Source: an uncultured Isosphaeraceae bacterium
GTDB lineage: Bacteria; Planctomycetota; Planctomycetia; Isosphaerales; Isosphaeraceae
Length of the DNA: 64,000 nucleotides
NCBI GenBank assembly: GCA_963829765.1
Contig: CAWHKI010000160.1
Coordinates: forward strand, 26,997 to 90,996
Reading direction: 5' to 3'
A program made the position numbers and the translations under genes. Positions 1 through 9,538 of the stretch are shown piece by piece. Every line of letters starts with the position of its first letter. The first letter of the stretch is position 1. The notes under the pieces were generated by a model. That model ran no database searches and was not told where the DNA came from. It saw only the letters and a list, made by a program, of their open reading frames with translations.

Positions 1-1355
1 GCAGCAATTCGAATCGCCTGATTAAAGTCCGCCAGGGCTTTTTCCGGCTCACCGCGCGCTAGCAGGAGGACACCGCGGCCACCGAGGGCCCGGGGCTCGC
101 CGAGGCGAATCGCCGCGTCGTAATCGACGAGGGCTCTCTCGTACTCACCTTTGTAACACCAGGCTTCCGCCCGTTTCGTGAGAACTTCTGGCTCGCCGGG
201 CTTAAGCCGAAGCACCTCACTAAAGTCGGCAATCGCTTTATCGCACTCCCCCATGTCGAGCCAAGTGCAAGCTCGGCCGTTAATCGCGTCGGTATCGAGA
301 GGGTCAAGCCGAATCGCCTCGTTAAGATCCGCGATCCCTTTGTCGGACATTCCCTTCTCGGTCCAGACGCAGGCGCGGATGATATAGGCTTTAGCCAGCC
401 GAGGGTCGACCCGAATCGCCGCGTTGGCATCGCTTAGCGCATGTTCATATTCTCCCTTCTCAAGCCAGACGCGACCTCGCTGGACCAGAACCTTGGCGTC
501 TTTTGGATCGAGCCGAATCGCCGCCGCGTAATCCGCAATCGCTTTGTCGTACTCGCTCTTCATACACCAGGCGGCCGCGCGACGGGAATAAGCGTCAGCA
601 CTGTGAGGATTGAGGGTAATTGCTTCGTTGAAGTCATCAAATGCCTTGGTGGATTCGTTCTTCTCCATCCACGCACAACCGCGCCAAACGCGCGGAAAGC
701 TCTGGACCGGGTCGAGTCGAATCGCATGCTCGAAATCAGCGATCGCCTTGTCATATTCGTGCATGATCGCCAACACGCTCCCGCGTCGCATATATGCCGC
801 GGCGCTCTGCGGATTCAACTGCAAAGCTTTCTCGCAGTCGCGCATCGCTTCGTCGATTTGTTCCTTGTTCAGCCTGATCCGCGCGCGACTTTCATAGGCA
901 ACGTGATCTCGCGGATCGAGCCGAACAGCCTCGTCGCAGTCGGCCAGAGCTTTATCGGGCTCCTTCTTGTCTCGCCAAAGCTCGGCGCGCATTACGCGAG
1001 CAAAGGCGTCATTCGGATGCTCGCGGATCTGGTCGGTAAAATAAACCATCGCCTGATCGATGGAAATGACCTGATCCGTTGTCACCAAGCCACCCAGGCC
1101 CAGCAATTCTGCCCGGATCGACAGTTTCGCCCCGTCGACGCTCTCTACTCGCCAAATGTCGAGCGGGACCGTCCGTTCGATTCCGGGATCCCCGATCCGC
1201 AACTTGAACTCGCGGTTTCTCTGAACGATGCGCTTGCCGACCGAAAGGCTTTTGGCAGGTTCATCGGCCTGACACAAGGGCCGGGGCATCCCGATAACAA
1301 ACGCGAGCAAGAACACCGCCCACAGCCGGCATCGAAACACCATCGGTCTTTTCAT
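1..1355 (-). CDS. secreted TPR-repeat protein (3' end beyond window start)
   Basis: Absent from the ORF track because it runs off the window. Minus-strand translation from ATG at 1355 gives MKRPMVFRCRLWAVFLLAFVIGMPRPLCQA (signal peptide). An unbroken frame then runs to position 1 with many TPR units (EYDKAIADYAAAIRLDP, GEYEHALSDANAAIRVDP, CDKAIADFSEVLRLKP). Confidence 0.8.
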   Translation of the reverse strand, partial: MKRPMVFRCRLWAVFLLAFVIGMPRPLCQADEPAKSLSVGKRIVQRNREFKLRIGDPGIERTVPLDIWRVESVDGAKLSIRAELLGLGGLVTTDQVISIDQAMVYFTDQIREHPNDAFARVMRAELWRDKKEPDKALADCDEAVRLDPRDHVAYESRARIRLNKEQIDEAMRDCEKALQLNPQSAAAYMRRGSVLAIMHEYDKAIADFEHAIRLDPVQSFPRVWRGCAWMEKNESTKAFDDFNEAITLNPHSADAYSRRAAAWCMKSEYDKAIADYAAAIRLDPKDAKVLVQRGRVWLEKGEYEHALSDANAAIRVDPRLAKAYIIRACVWTEKGMSDKGIADLNEAIRLDPLDTDAINGRACTWLDMGECDKAIADFSEVLRLKPGEPEVLTKRAEAWCYKGEYERALVDYDAAIRLGEPRALGGRGVLLLARGEPEKALADFNQAIRIA

Positions 1356-1494
1356 CGCATCCTCCTGATGGTCAGAACGGTCGCGGAGCGTAATCGTTTG
1401 GGCGTCAGCACGCGTTATGGCCGGGACAACCTCGACGGGGGGCCCGGCTCTTGATGAAGGGGACTCGAGATAGCGTGAGGCGGGCAGCGCTCCA

Positions 1495-2963
1495 TCAAGA
1501 CTTGGTCTCACGATACGGCTTCTTCTCTTGGAAGAGCTTGAGCCGGCGCGGTAGTCTTCCTTTTCTTTCGGGTCGGCCTCGAGCTCGATCGCCTTCACCT
1601 GCCACTTGACGGCTGAGGCGAAATCGCCGGCCTCGGCGTAGGCGGCGGCGAGCGTTTCGAGACAGTAGGCCTCTTTGTACCGGGTTAACTCGCACGCCTC
1701 GATCGCGGTTTCGACGGCTTTCTTGCCGTCGCGATACGTCGGGTTGGGACATGTCGCGAAGATCCAGGCGCGGCCGTCTAAGGCACACGCGTCGCGGGGA
1801 TCGATCCGTAAGGCTTGGCTGAAATCGGCGAGCGACCGCGCGAACTCTTGCTTCTCACGCCAGGCCCAGCCGCGGCCGCAGTACGCGTCCGAGTCTCTGG
1901 GATCGAGACGAATCGCCTCGGAATAATCCGTGACCGCATTGTCGTACTGCTTCGCCGCCTTCCAGGCGAATCCGCGGTCGCAATAACCCAGGGCCTTGGT
2001 CGGCTCAAGCCGGATCGCCTGACTATAGTCGTCGATGGCCTTTTCGAAGTTTTTCTTGGCGGTCCAGATGAGGCCGCGGCTGTGATAGGCCGAAGCGCTC
2101 CGAGGGTCGAGCCGGATCGCCTCGCCAAGATCGGCAATCGCCTTGTCCATTTCACCCTTGTGTTTCCAGGCGGCCGCGCGGACCAGGTACGAGTCCGGAA
2201 GCCGCGGATTCAACTGAATCGCGGTACCCAGGTCGGCGATTGCCTTGTCGACTTCCCCTTTTTCGCCTTCCACGGCCGCTCGGCCGAAGTAGGCGGGGAT
2301 AACCTGAGGGTCGCGACGAATGACCTCGCTGTAATCGGCGATCGCCTTGTCGTACTCTTTGCTCTCCGCCCAAATCGCGGCCCGAAGCGCAGCGCTCCCA
2401 ACGATTTCGGATCAAGCCGGAGCACGGAATCACAGTCGGCGAGGGCCTTGCCAAAGTCTCCCCTGGCCCGCCAAACTTCGGCTCGGATCAAATACGCATT
2501 GGCCTCCCCAGGGGCGAGCCGCGGCGCTTCGTTCAAGTCGCCCACGGACCGGTCGAGGTCCCCTTGATACGTCGAGCGCGACGATGGCCCGCATCAGATG
2601 AGGAAACGACTCGGCGGGATTGGCCCGGATCTGACTCGAAAAGAAGGTATCGGCCTCTTCCAGGAGAATGAGCTGGTCGATCGGCGCCCAACCGGTGATT
2701 CCCGCAGTCGATATCATCGCGGCCGAGCCGCTCACTTGAACGACGCGATAAATTTCGGCGGGGCCTTTGATCGGCGATCCTTTGAGGGCGTCTTTGAGCG
2801 TCATGTAACGGACCTTCGGCACCACCGCTTTGCCCGCCCAGTCGTTGGCCGTGGGTTGCCGGGCAAGTGCCGCGGAAGTCGCCGTCAGCAGCAGGGTCAA
2901 AACCACCACGGCCGCCCGCGTCAGGCAACTTCCCATCGTTTTTATCTTTACGAAGCCGAACAT
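1495..2963 (-). CDS. secreted TPR-repeat protein, frame broken at least 3 times
   Basis: N-terminus MFGFVKIKTMGSCLTRAAVVVLTLLLTATSAALA comes from ORF 2430..3146. TPR units continue in ORF 2210..2545 (EANAYLIRAEVWRARGDFGKALADCDSVLRLDP) and in a third frame (EYDKAIADYSEVIRRDP...). The C-terminal LKLFQEKKPYRETKS is in ORF 1495..1788. Same architecture as the neighbouring TPR gene. Confidence 0.65.
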
Positions 2964-3260
2964 CGCCGGCACCCTCGCTCTCGAGTCAAACCACGGTCTC
3001 ACCGATCCCATCCATGGGCCGATGAATGCGGGAAATGTCATTGAGCTCGGCGACGACAAGGAACCGGACTCCGAAAGAATCGTCGAGCCGAGCAATAATC
3101 TGCGACAGAATAGTCGGTTCAGCCCTTTGAGGCAACGCGAGATCAAGAATGCGAGATCAAGAATGCCCGAACATTCGGCATGTGTGAAAAAAAACCTGGC
3201 AAGTCAGGTAATCTAGAGCAGACTGGTTTTCAACTGGTTGAAATCGGATAAGGAGGGTTT

Positions 3261-3506
3261 ATGGAAACCGTCGGTTCGTTCGAGGCGAAAACCCACTTGC
3301 CCCAGCTTCTGGAGCGGGCGGCTAATGGAGAAGAGTTCACCATCACCAAACACGGCAAGCCCGTGGCCAGGCTTGTGCCCCCTCGGGCTGCGAAGTCCGC
3401 GCCTGACGTAAGGCTCGCCGTTGAGGCAATGAAGCAATTCCGCAAGGGCCGGACGCTTAGCGACCTGCGCATCCGCGAGATGATCGAGGAAGGGCGCCGT
3501 TTTTAA
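3261..3506 (+). CDS. type II antitoxin, Phd/YefM family
   Basis: 81 aa METVGSFEAKTHLPQLLERAANGEEFTITKHGKPVARLVPP matches the Phd/YefM N-terminal consensus. Confidence 0.8.
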   Translation: METVGSFEAKTHLPQLLERAANGEEFTITKHGKPVARLVPPRAAKSAPDVRLAVEAMKQFRKGRTLSDLRIREMIEEGRRF

Positions 3507-3547
3507 GGGAGAAAATGGCATGGATGCCGCAGGTGCTTTTGTCTTAA

Positions 3548-3769
3548 ATCATAGCGATCCTCAGTGCCTTTCCCATTACCGTCGATAATGAGACGGTCGC
3601 CCGTGCCTGGGCCGATACCGTGCACCTGGCGTATGCCCATAGCCTTTCTTCCTACGACGCCTCTTACCTGGAGCTGGCGATCCGTCTTGGTCTGCCGCTG
3701 GCGGCTCTGGACAGCAAGCTCAAAACGGCAGCCGGGGCAATGGGTGTACCACTCTTTGATGTAGCCTGA
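3548..3769 (+). pseudogene. PIN-domain (VapC-like) toxin remnant, C-terminal ~70 aa only
   Basis: The frame ending at TGA 3767-3769 reads ILSAFPITVDNETVARAWADTVHLAYAHSLSSYDASYLELAIRLGLPLAALDSKLKTAAGAMGVPLFDVA, which is the YDA.YLELA...LaTlD VapC C-terminus. An in-frame TAA lies at 3545-3547, and there is no N-terminal acidic PIN motif between the antitoxin stop and 3548. Confidence 0.6.
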
Positions 3770-4076
3770 GATTCTGACGCGGCTGTGCCTGATTTCCAAG
3801 GTGCCCCGTTTGGGGTTACGTTCCCGCAGTTTGGGGTCCGGGACTCCACCGTGCTACTGGCTCGCACCGTCTGGCTCGACACCGCCGCGACCCGCCGGTA
3901 CGACCCCCGCCAGTTCGGGTCGAGTTTCTGGCGAGATCACGAGATCATCAACGCTGATCACACTTCGATTTGACAACACTCGGCCGCCGCCTCACACTTG
4001 GGAAGTTCGAGCGGGGAGCGCCCAGGCATGGAGCCGAAGATTTCGCCCGAGGAGAGAGCATCGGAGCGGGAAGAAG

Positions 4077-5911
4077 ATGAAAGAACGTTTGCGATCGCAC
4101 TGGCTTGTAATGCTGGCTTTGCTATTCGCCGTGCCTTGGACGATACGGACGCATGCGGCCGAGCGAGCCGGGCCCACCATCCGACTCGAGACGCCGCTGG
4201 TCGCGCCGAACTGGGCACTTCTTGAGCGGGAGCTCTTGCGGGCCAATGCCCGAGCGTGCGAGGAGTTCTTCGGCCGTTACTTCGACGATCGGGGTTATCT
4301 TGAGTGCGTCGAGCGCTCGGGGCGGCGACGATGGGCCGGACGATGCGATCGAGAACGTCAACGATTGGCCGGTCCTGTACGCTCTCGGCGGCCCCGATTC
4401 GGTGCTGACTCTGTTCAAGAAGGCCTGGGAAGGGCATCTCCGCCAGTATACAGCGGCCAAAACGACCCAAGTGCCGTTCGCGCGACGGGATGTACTACAA
4501 GGAATTCCCCGTCATGTTTGACTGGCTGCATCATGGCGAAGGACTTTCGGTATTCAACATGGAAGGTCTGTGCGATCCCCAGGACGCGCGATACCGGCAA
4601 CGCGTGACGCGGTTTGCCGGGTTCTACATGAATGACGACCCCGGTGCAGCCAATTACGACGCGAAAGTGAAGATCATCCGCAGCCTGTTCAACGGCAGCC
4701 GAGGCCCCCTGCTCCGCAAAGCGACTGCTCTCGATTGGGCGGGCGACCCGATCGAAGTCGAAAACCGATTCAGGCCCGGCCACGGCGAGCATAGCTACGC
4801 ACAAATGCTCGAACACTTCAGGGATTACAACGACATCGTCGGCGACCATCCCCAGAACATGGGTGCGACCTCGCTGGCGCTCAACGCCTACATGCTCACC
4901 CACGACGCTCGTTACAAGGCGTGGATCCTTGACTACGTCGAGGCTTGGCGCCAACGAATGATCGCGAACGGGGGGATCATTCCGACCAATATCGGGCTCG
5001 ACGGCAAGATCGGCGGCGCCTGCCAAGGCAAGTGGTATGGAGGTGTTTACGGCTGGGGATTTACCGTGATCGATCCCAATACCAAGCGCCCCGTCCATCG
5101 CAACAATCATTACCTGGGGCTGAACGGCTTCGGCAACGCCTATTTCCTCACTGGCGACGACCGCTTCCTCGATGCCTGGCGCAACCAGATCGAGGCAGTC
5201 AACTCTCATTCACGAGTTGAGAACGGCCGAACCGTTTATCCGCACATGTTCGGTGACAAAGGCTGGTACGACTTCCGGCCCGAGCCGTACCAGCACGGCG
5301 TGCTCGATCTTTATTACTGGTCGATGAAGGAAACGGACCGGCGCCGAGTGCCCGATTCCGACTGGCTTGCTTTTCTGGAAGGCCACAATCCGGGCTACCC
5401 GGAGGCCGCCCTCCGAGCCGATTTTTCCACGATCCGGCGCAAGGTCGCCGCCATGCGACAAGACCCGACCACGCCCGACACCCGTCTCGCCGACGACCCG
5501 ATGGCCTACAACCCGGCCGTGGTGGGAACGTTGGTCCGGCTGACGCTGGGCGGACTCGTCCCCAAGCACCAGGGGGAAATCTTGCACGCTCGGGTGCGGT
5601 ACTTCGACCCGGTCAAGCGGCGGCCCGGCCTCCCCGACGACGTCGCCGCTTTGGTCGATTCGCTCAGCGAGAGTTCAACGTCTCTCATTTTGGTCAATCT
5701 GAACCAAAGCGAGCCGCGTGAGCTGATCGTACAGGGAGGGGCCTATGGCGAGCACCTTTGCGAAGATATCAGAGGCCCAGCCGGGGCGGTTGCCGTCCAC
5801 AGTCCACACGTACGCGTTTGGCTGGCCCCGGGGTCGGGCGGCCGCCTCGCCATCAAGATGAAGCGGTACGCGGGCGTACCGACTCTGGCACCCCCATGGA
5901 GCCTGAATTAA
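4077..5911 (+). CDS. conserved secreted hypothetical protein (2 frame breaks near 4315 and 4485)
   Basis: The start MKERLRSHWLVMLALLFAVPWTIRTHAA is a signal peptide (frame of ORF 3801..4607). The protein continues GDDGPDDAIENVNDWPVLYALGG in ORF 4153..4521, then in the 473-aa ORF 4490..5911. I recognise no family. Confidence 0.55.
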
Positions 5912-5956
5912 GGCCGCCGAGCCTACCGATGTCGGTTCCGGTCAGGCGCGAGCGTC
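5911..5956. repeat. left copy of 46-bp direct repeat (decayed copy of the permease gene 3' end)
   Basis: aggccgccgagcctaccgatgtcggttcc is identical over 29 nt to 9493-9521. Of the next 17 nt, 14 match. Confidence 0.85.
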
Positions 5957-6089
5957 TTCGGCCGGCCGCGCCGCCCGGATGAGCTGGCGACCCGGCGGCC
6001 CCGGCGTCTGTTCTATGGTTAATGATGGAGTTGCTCTCCCATTGTTGAGGGAGATCTCGTGATGATTACATGCAGCATGGTAGGCCGTC

Positions 6090-6999
6090 ATGCCGAAGCC
6101 ATTTGACGCCACGATGCGAAGGCTGATCGAGCTCGATCCGGCCGCCTGGTTGCGCTTCTGCGCGTTCCCGTGGAGCATCCGGAACGCGTGCGAGTGATCG
6201 ATTCTAACATTTCGACGGTCACGGCCGAAGGCGACAAGGTGATCCTGGTCGACGAGCCCGAGCCGTGGATTGAACAGATCGAGCTTCAGGCCGGCCGGGA
6301 CGTTGGCCTCGCCGACCGAATGCATCTGTATAGCATCGTGCTGGGTGACAGCCATAAAGTTCCGGTCGACACGACTGTCGTGTTGCTGCGGCCGGCCGCC
6401 GATGGCCTGCACATGAGCGGCACGCTCGAAAAGCGAAATCGCCGTGGCGCTGTTTACGATTGGTTCGGTTATAATGTGATGCGGATATGGCAACGGCCCG
6501 TCGAAGAGATACTCGCCGCGGGCTTACCGGTTTTGCCGCTGGCGGCGGTGGCCGACGTCGGTCCGAATGAGCTCCCGAAAGTCCTGGCGGCGATCTCGGA
6601 GCGATTCGTCCGAGAGATGGGAGTCAAGGAGGTCGCAACCCTTTGGACTGCGACTCGAGTCTTGATGGGATTGCGGTACACGAAAGAGCAAGTCGACGAG
6701 TTTACGAAGGGGATATCGGCCATGATTTTGGGCATCCGCGGCATCGAGGAATCGACGGTTTACCAAGATATTTTTGCCAAGGGCGAAGCGCGAGGCGAGG
6801 CGAAGGGTGCGCCGAGGAAGCGCGCGAGGTGCTCCTGCGCTTGGGCCGCAGAACGCTCGGCGAGGCTGACGACGATACGCGGACCACAATCGCCAGAATC
6901 CACGACGTCAATAAACTCAATGCGATGCTCGAACGCCTCCTCGACGCGTCTTCGTGGGCGGATGTGCTGGGTGATCAGGCAAAAACCTCGCCCGGTTGA
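6090..6999 (+). CDS. Rpn-family recombination-promoting nuclease / PD-(D/E)XK putative transposase with DUF4351-like tail (2 frame breaks)
   Basis: MPKPFDATMRRLIELDPAAWLRF starts at 6090. It continues VRVIDSNISTVTAEGDKVILVDEPEPWIEQIELQAGRD...LWTATRVLMGLRY in ORF 6170. The C-terminal EAREVLLRLGRRTLGEADDDTRTTIARIHDVNKLNAMLERLLDASSWADVL is in ORF 6643..6999. Confidence 0.65.
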
Positions 7000-7154
7000 A
7001 TCGTGTCGCGTAGCTATCAGCCTTGGCCCGAGCGTGGCCCGAGGGACGTACGGTGGGACACCGCTGGTCGGCTTGGCATGTCGCCAATGTGGCCGCGGAG
7101 GGGGCTTGTTTTTCCCCATGAAAGGATGTCCGTACCCCCCCAGAATGAGCTCCG

Positions 7155-7540
7155 ATGGACTGGCTAGACGAGATTGCTTCCGAGTCCGTCTTGCGTCAAC
7201 CGGGCTCCCCTATGCCCGGTTCATGGATGACCGGGCGATTTTGGCCCCAACACGCTGGACACTCCGCGGGGCGGTTCGCCTGGTGAACCAGACGTTGGCG
7301 GAGCTGAAGGTCGAGCAACACCCCGACAAGACCTTCATCGGCCGGATCAGCTTGGGGTTTGACTTCCTGGGTTATCTGTTCTCGCCCGCGGGACTCGAAG
7401 TGGCCCCGCGGGCGGTGGAGCATTGCGTGGAACGTGTGTCCCAGCTTTATGAGCGAGGTGCGGACTTGGTTCGCATTGGGGCCTACTTTCGATGCTGGCA
7501 ACGCTGGGCGAGGAGCGGCCTCCACGGATTGGGCCTGGGT
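7155..7540 (+). pseudogene. reverse transcriptase remnant (N-terminal ~15 aa joined to YxDD motif and thumb)
   Basis: MDWLDEIASESVLRQ (7155) resembles an RT N-terminus. After a frame change comes LPYARFMDDRAILAPTRWTLRGAVRLVNQTLAELKVEQHPDKTFIGRISLGFDFLGYLF, i.e. the Y-x-DD box plus the downstream domain. RT motifs 1-4 are missing. Confidence 0.55.
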
Positions 7541-7573
7541 CTGGCGGCACGCGCCGTGGGGATCGTCGGACGC

Positions 7574-8350
7574 TTATTGGATCGCGTCGAGTGGCCCCAC
7601 TGGCCGCTGCCGCCGTCGCTCCTTGCGTGTCCGGACTGCTGCCACGCCCAGGAGGATCGCACTGCCTATGCCTGCCAGAATCGCCGTTGATGGCTCGGGT
7701 ACCGATGCCGCGGGGACTGTCAGTACCTCGCTTATGGCGTATAGGCCGGTGGGTGCGTTGTTGGGATACGAGAGGTAGTCTATCCAAGATGCTCCGGATT
7801 GATCGTTTAAGCCGTATGTGGTGGCGGCTAGTTCTGGGTATGGTGGACTTGTGCTTCCGAGTGGATCCGCCGTGGGGGTTCCGTTGATGGCCGTTCCGGT
7901 CCAAACAGGCCCCATATTCAACAGGACTTCCCCAGAGGGTGTCTGGTCTATTGGATTGATGAGGTTGCCGCTCCACAACCCAGAGGTTCCATCCGACGTA
8001 GTTACCAATGTGCCGCTGGGGAGGTAAACCCCTGTTAAACCCGGGTTTGTGCCGATGTGGTCGATCGCTGAGACGGAGGATGTTGACCCGATGGCTTGCC
8101 AAGCAACTTCGACCCCGTTGTAGGTCGCTCCCCCCGCGTCGGCTTGTACAAACGCGTCGTAAGTGCTGATGTTGGTTGATTCGGCATTCGTGGTATCGTC
8201 GGTGACGAAGACGAATCGGAAGGTTTCACCTGGGGTGAGCCCTTCCGGGGTCTGGAGGATTAAGCCGGCCTGGCCGCTTGTGGCAATGCCGAGTAAGGCG
8301 AATCCAAAGAGGGCAAGAGTCGCAAGCCTGCGCGTAACTGGTGTGTGCAT
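7574..8350 (-). CDS. PEP-CTERM sorting-domain secreted protein
   Basis: Signal peptide MHTPVTRRLATLALFGFALLGIATSGQA from ATG at 8350. The C-terminal VPEPSTAILAGIGSAILLGVAAVRTRKERRR is PEP motif + TM helix + basic tail. Confidence 0.8.
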   Translation of the reverse strand: MHTPVTRRLATLALFGFALLGIATSGQAGLILQTPEGLTPGETFRFVFVTDDTTNAESTNISTYDAFVQADAGGATYNGVEVAWQAIGSTSSVSAIDHIGTNPGLTGVYLPSGTLVTTSDGTSGLWSGNLINPIDQTPSGEVLLNMGPVWTGTAINGTPTADPLGSTSPPYPELAATTYGLNDQSGASWIDYLSYPNNAPTGLYAISEVLTVPAASVPEPSTAILAGIGSAILLGVAAVRTRKERRRQRPVGPLDAIQ

Positions 8351-8620
8351 GAGCTGGTTCCTTTTCGGCGAGGTGTTCTTCGAATTTCGCCTGCAAGGGT
8401 CGAAAGATCCGACCAAGGAAGGGCAAACCGGTTAGACCTTCTTCGGCCGGGGCAGCCGGACGCACCCTAGTCGCATCCAGTGAGCTGATACACCCTGCGG
8501 TTTCCATTTGCAAGAGGGCTGGCGCGATGTTGCTTTTGCGAAACGGACTTGCGCGGGGAGGATGGTCCGGCCGGCTGCGCCTTCTCAAGCGGGCTCGCCT
8601 TTGCGTGGCAGGTGAGCATC

Positions 8621-8715
8621 GCGCCGAACGATCCGCGGGATCGTGAGGCCCACCGAAAACCTCAGCCGTTTCGGCGGGCCTCGCCTCGATAAATCGAGGC
8701 TCGGCGCCACCCTAC
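8621..8715. repeat. REP pair (inverted, BIME-like) downstream of RAYT
   Basis: ggcgccgaacgatccgcgggatcgtgaggcccaccg faces cggcgggcctcgcctcgataaatcgaggctcggcgccaccctac. Each half contains its own hairpin. Confidence 0.7.
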
Positions 8716-9263
8716 TCCCATCCCAAAAGGTCGGCGTCGGGACATGGGTTTTCACCTCCCCAGTCCGGATCGTAGCTGCCCTGTCGCACGAAGCGGTGGA
8801 AGGTGGACCACGGGTAGTCCCGCACGCGTCTGACCAGGCCGTGCTTCACTGGATTCCAATGAACGTAGTTGATGCAACGCTCGACGTCGTCTTCATCTCG
8901 GCAGGTGTGTTCCCAGGACCGCCTTTGCCAGATCGCTCGCTCGCGGCGGCGAATCCGCGAAGCATTTCTTGGGCCTTCCGTTCCACCGGTGGCCAGAAAG
9001 GATCGGGTGAAGCATTCCTTGATCTTCTTCCACCGCGACGGGTAATCGGAATCGCCCGGCGGCAGGGCCCAAACCGTATGGAGATGATCAGGCAAGAGGA
9101 CCATCGCGACCAGTTCGAACGGGAGTTTCGCCTTCACCTGTCGGATCGCCTGATTAAGACAAGGCCTTGCAATATCGCTCGTGAGAAAAGGCCTGCGCCC
9201 ATGGGTGACGACCGTGAAGAAGTAGGTCCCACCGGGAATGAAATACCGTCGGTATTGAGACAT
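8712..9263 (-). CDS. REP-associated tyrosine transposase (RAYT, IS200/IS605-like Y1 HUH enzyme)
   Basis: MSQYRRYFIPGGTYFFTVVTHGRRPFL, HUH motif LPDHLHTVW and catalytic Tyr region INYVHWNPVKHGLV. The gene is flanked by REP copies. Confidence 0.8.
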   Translation of the reverse strand: MSQYRRYFIPGGTYFFTVVTHGRRPFLTSDIARPCLNQAIRQVKAKLPFELVAMVLLPDHLHTVWALPPGDSDYPSRWKKIKECFTRSFLATGGTEGPRNASRIRRRERAIWQRRSWEHTCRDEDDVERCINYVHWNPVKHGLVRRVRDYPWSTFHRFVRQGSYDPDWGGENPCPDADLLGWE

Positions 9264-9303
9264 TGGGAACGCTCCTTCCCAGCGAGGCGAAACCGCAATC
9301 GGC

Positions 9304-9489
9304 GTAGGGTGGCGCCGAACGATCCGCAGGATCGTGAGGCCCACCGCGATCCTCGGCCGTTTCTACAAGATACCTTCTGCAATCCGCGTAGGGTGGCGCC
9401 GAACGATCCGCAGGATCGCGAGCCCACCGTGAGCCTCAGCCGTTCCGGTGGGCCTCGCCTCGATAAATCGAGGCTCGGCGCCACCCTAC
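9304..9489. repeat. REP cluster upstream of RAYT (two direct units plus one inverted unit)
   Basis: gtagggtggcgccgaacgatccgcaggatcg(t/c)gag(g)cccaccg occurs at 9304 and 9388. The inverted partner ggtgggcctcgcctcgataaatcgaggctcggcgccaccctac ends at 9489. Confidence 0.7.
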
Positions 9490-9492
9490 ACC

Positions 9493-9538
9493 AGGCCGCC
9501 GAGCCTACCGATGTCGGTTCCAGTCAAGCGCCAGCGTC
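9493..9538. repeat. right copy of 46-bp direct repeat (functional 3' end of permease gene)
   Basis: Matches 5911-5956. Contains the permease stop codon at 9505-9507. Confidence 0.85.

Larger units (their letters stand above)
5957..9492. mobile_element. decayed inserted element bounded by the 46-bp direct repeats
   Basis: The content between the repeats is all accessory: Rpn-like nuclease, RT remnant, PEP-CTERM gene, RAYT with REPs. No integrase is visible. Confidence 0.5.

Noticed and set aside
441-2567. Long + strand ORFs 441..1454 (337 aa) and 1815..2567 (250 aa).
   Set aside because: They are antisense to the two TPR genes. Their translations are low-complexity Arg/Ala/Gly-rich strings without motifs, while the minus strand gives clean TPR units. 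These are mirror ORFs typical of GC-rich DNA.
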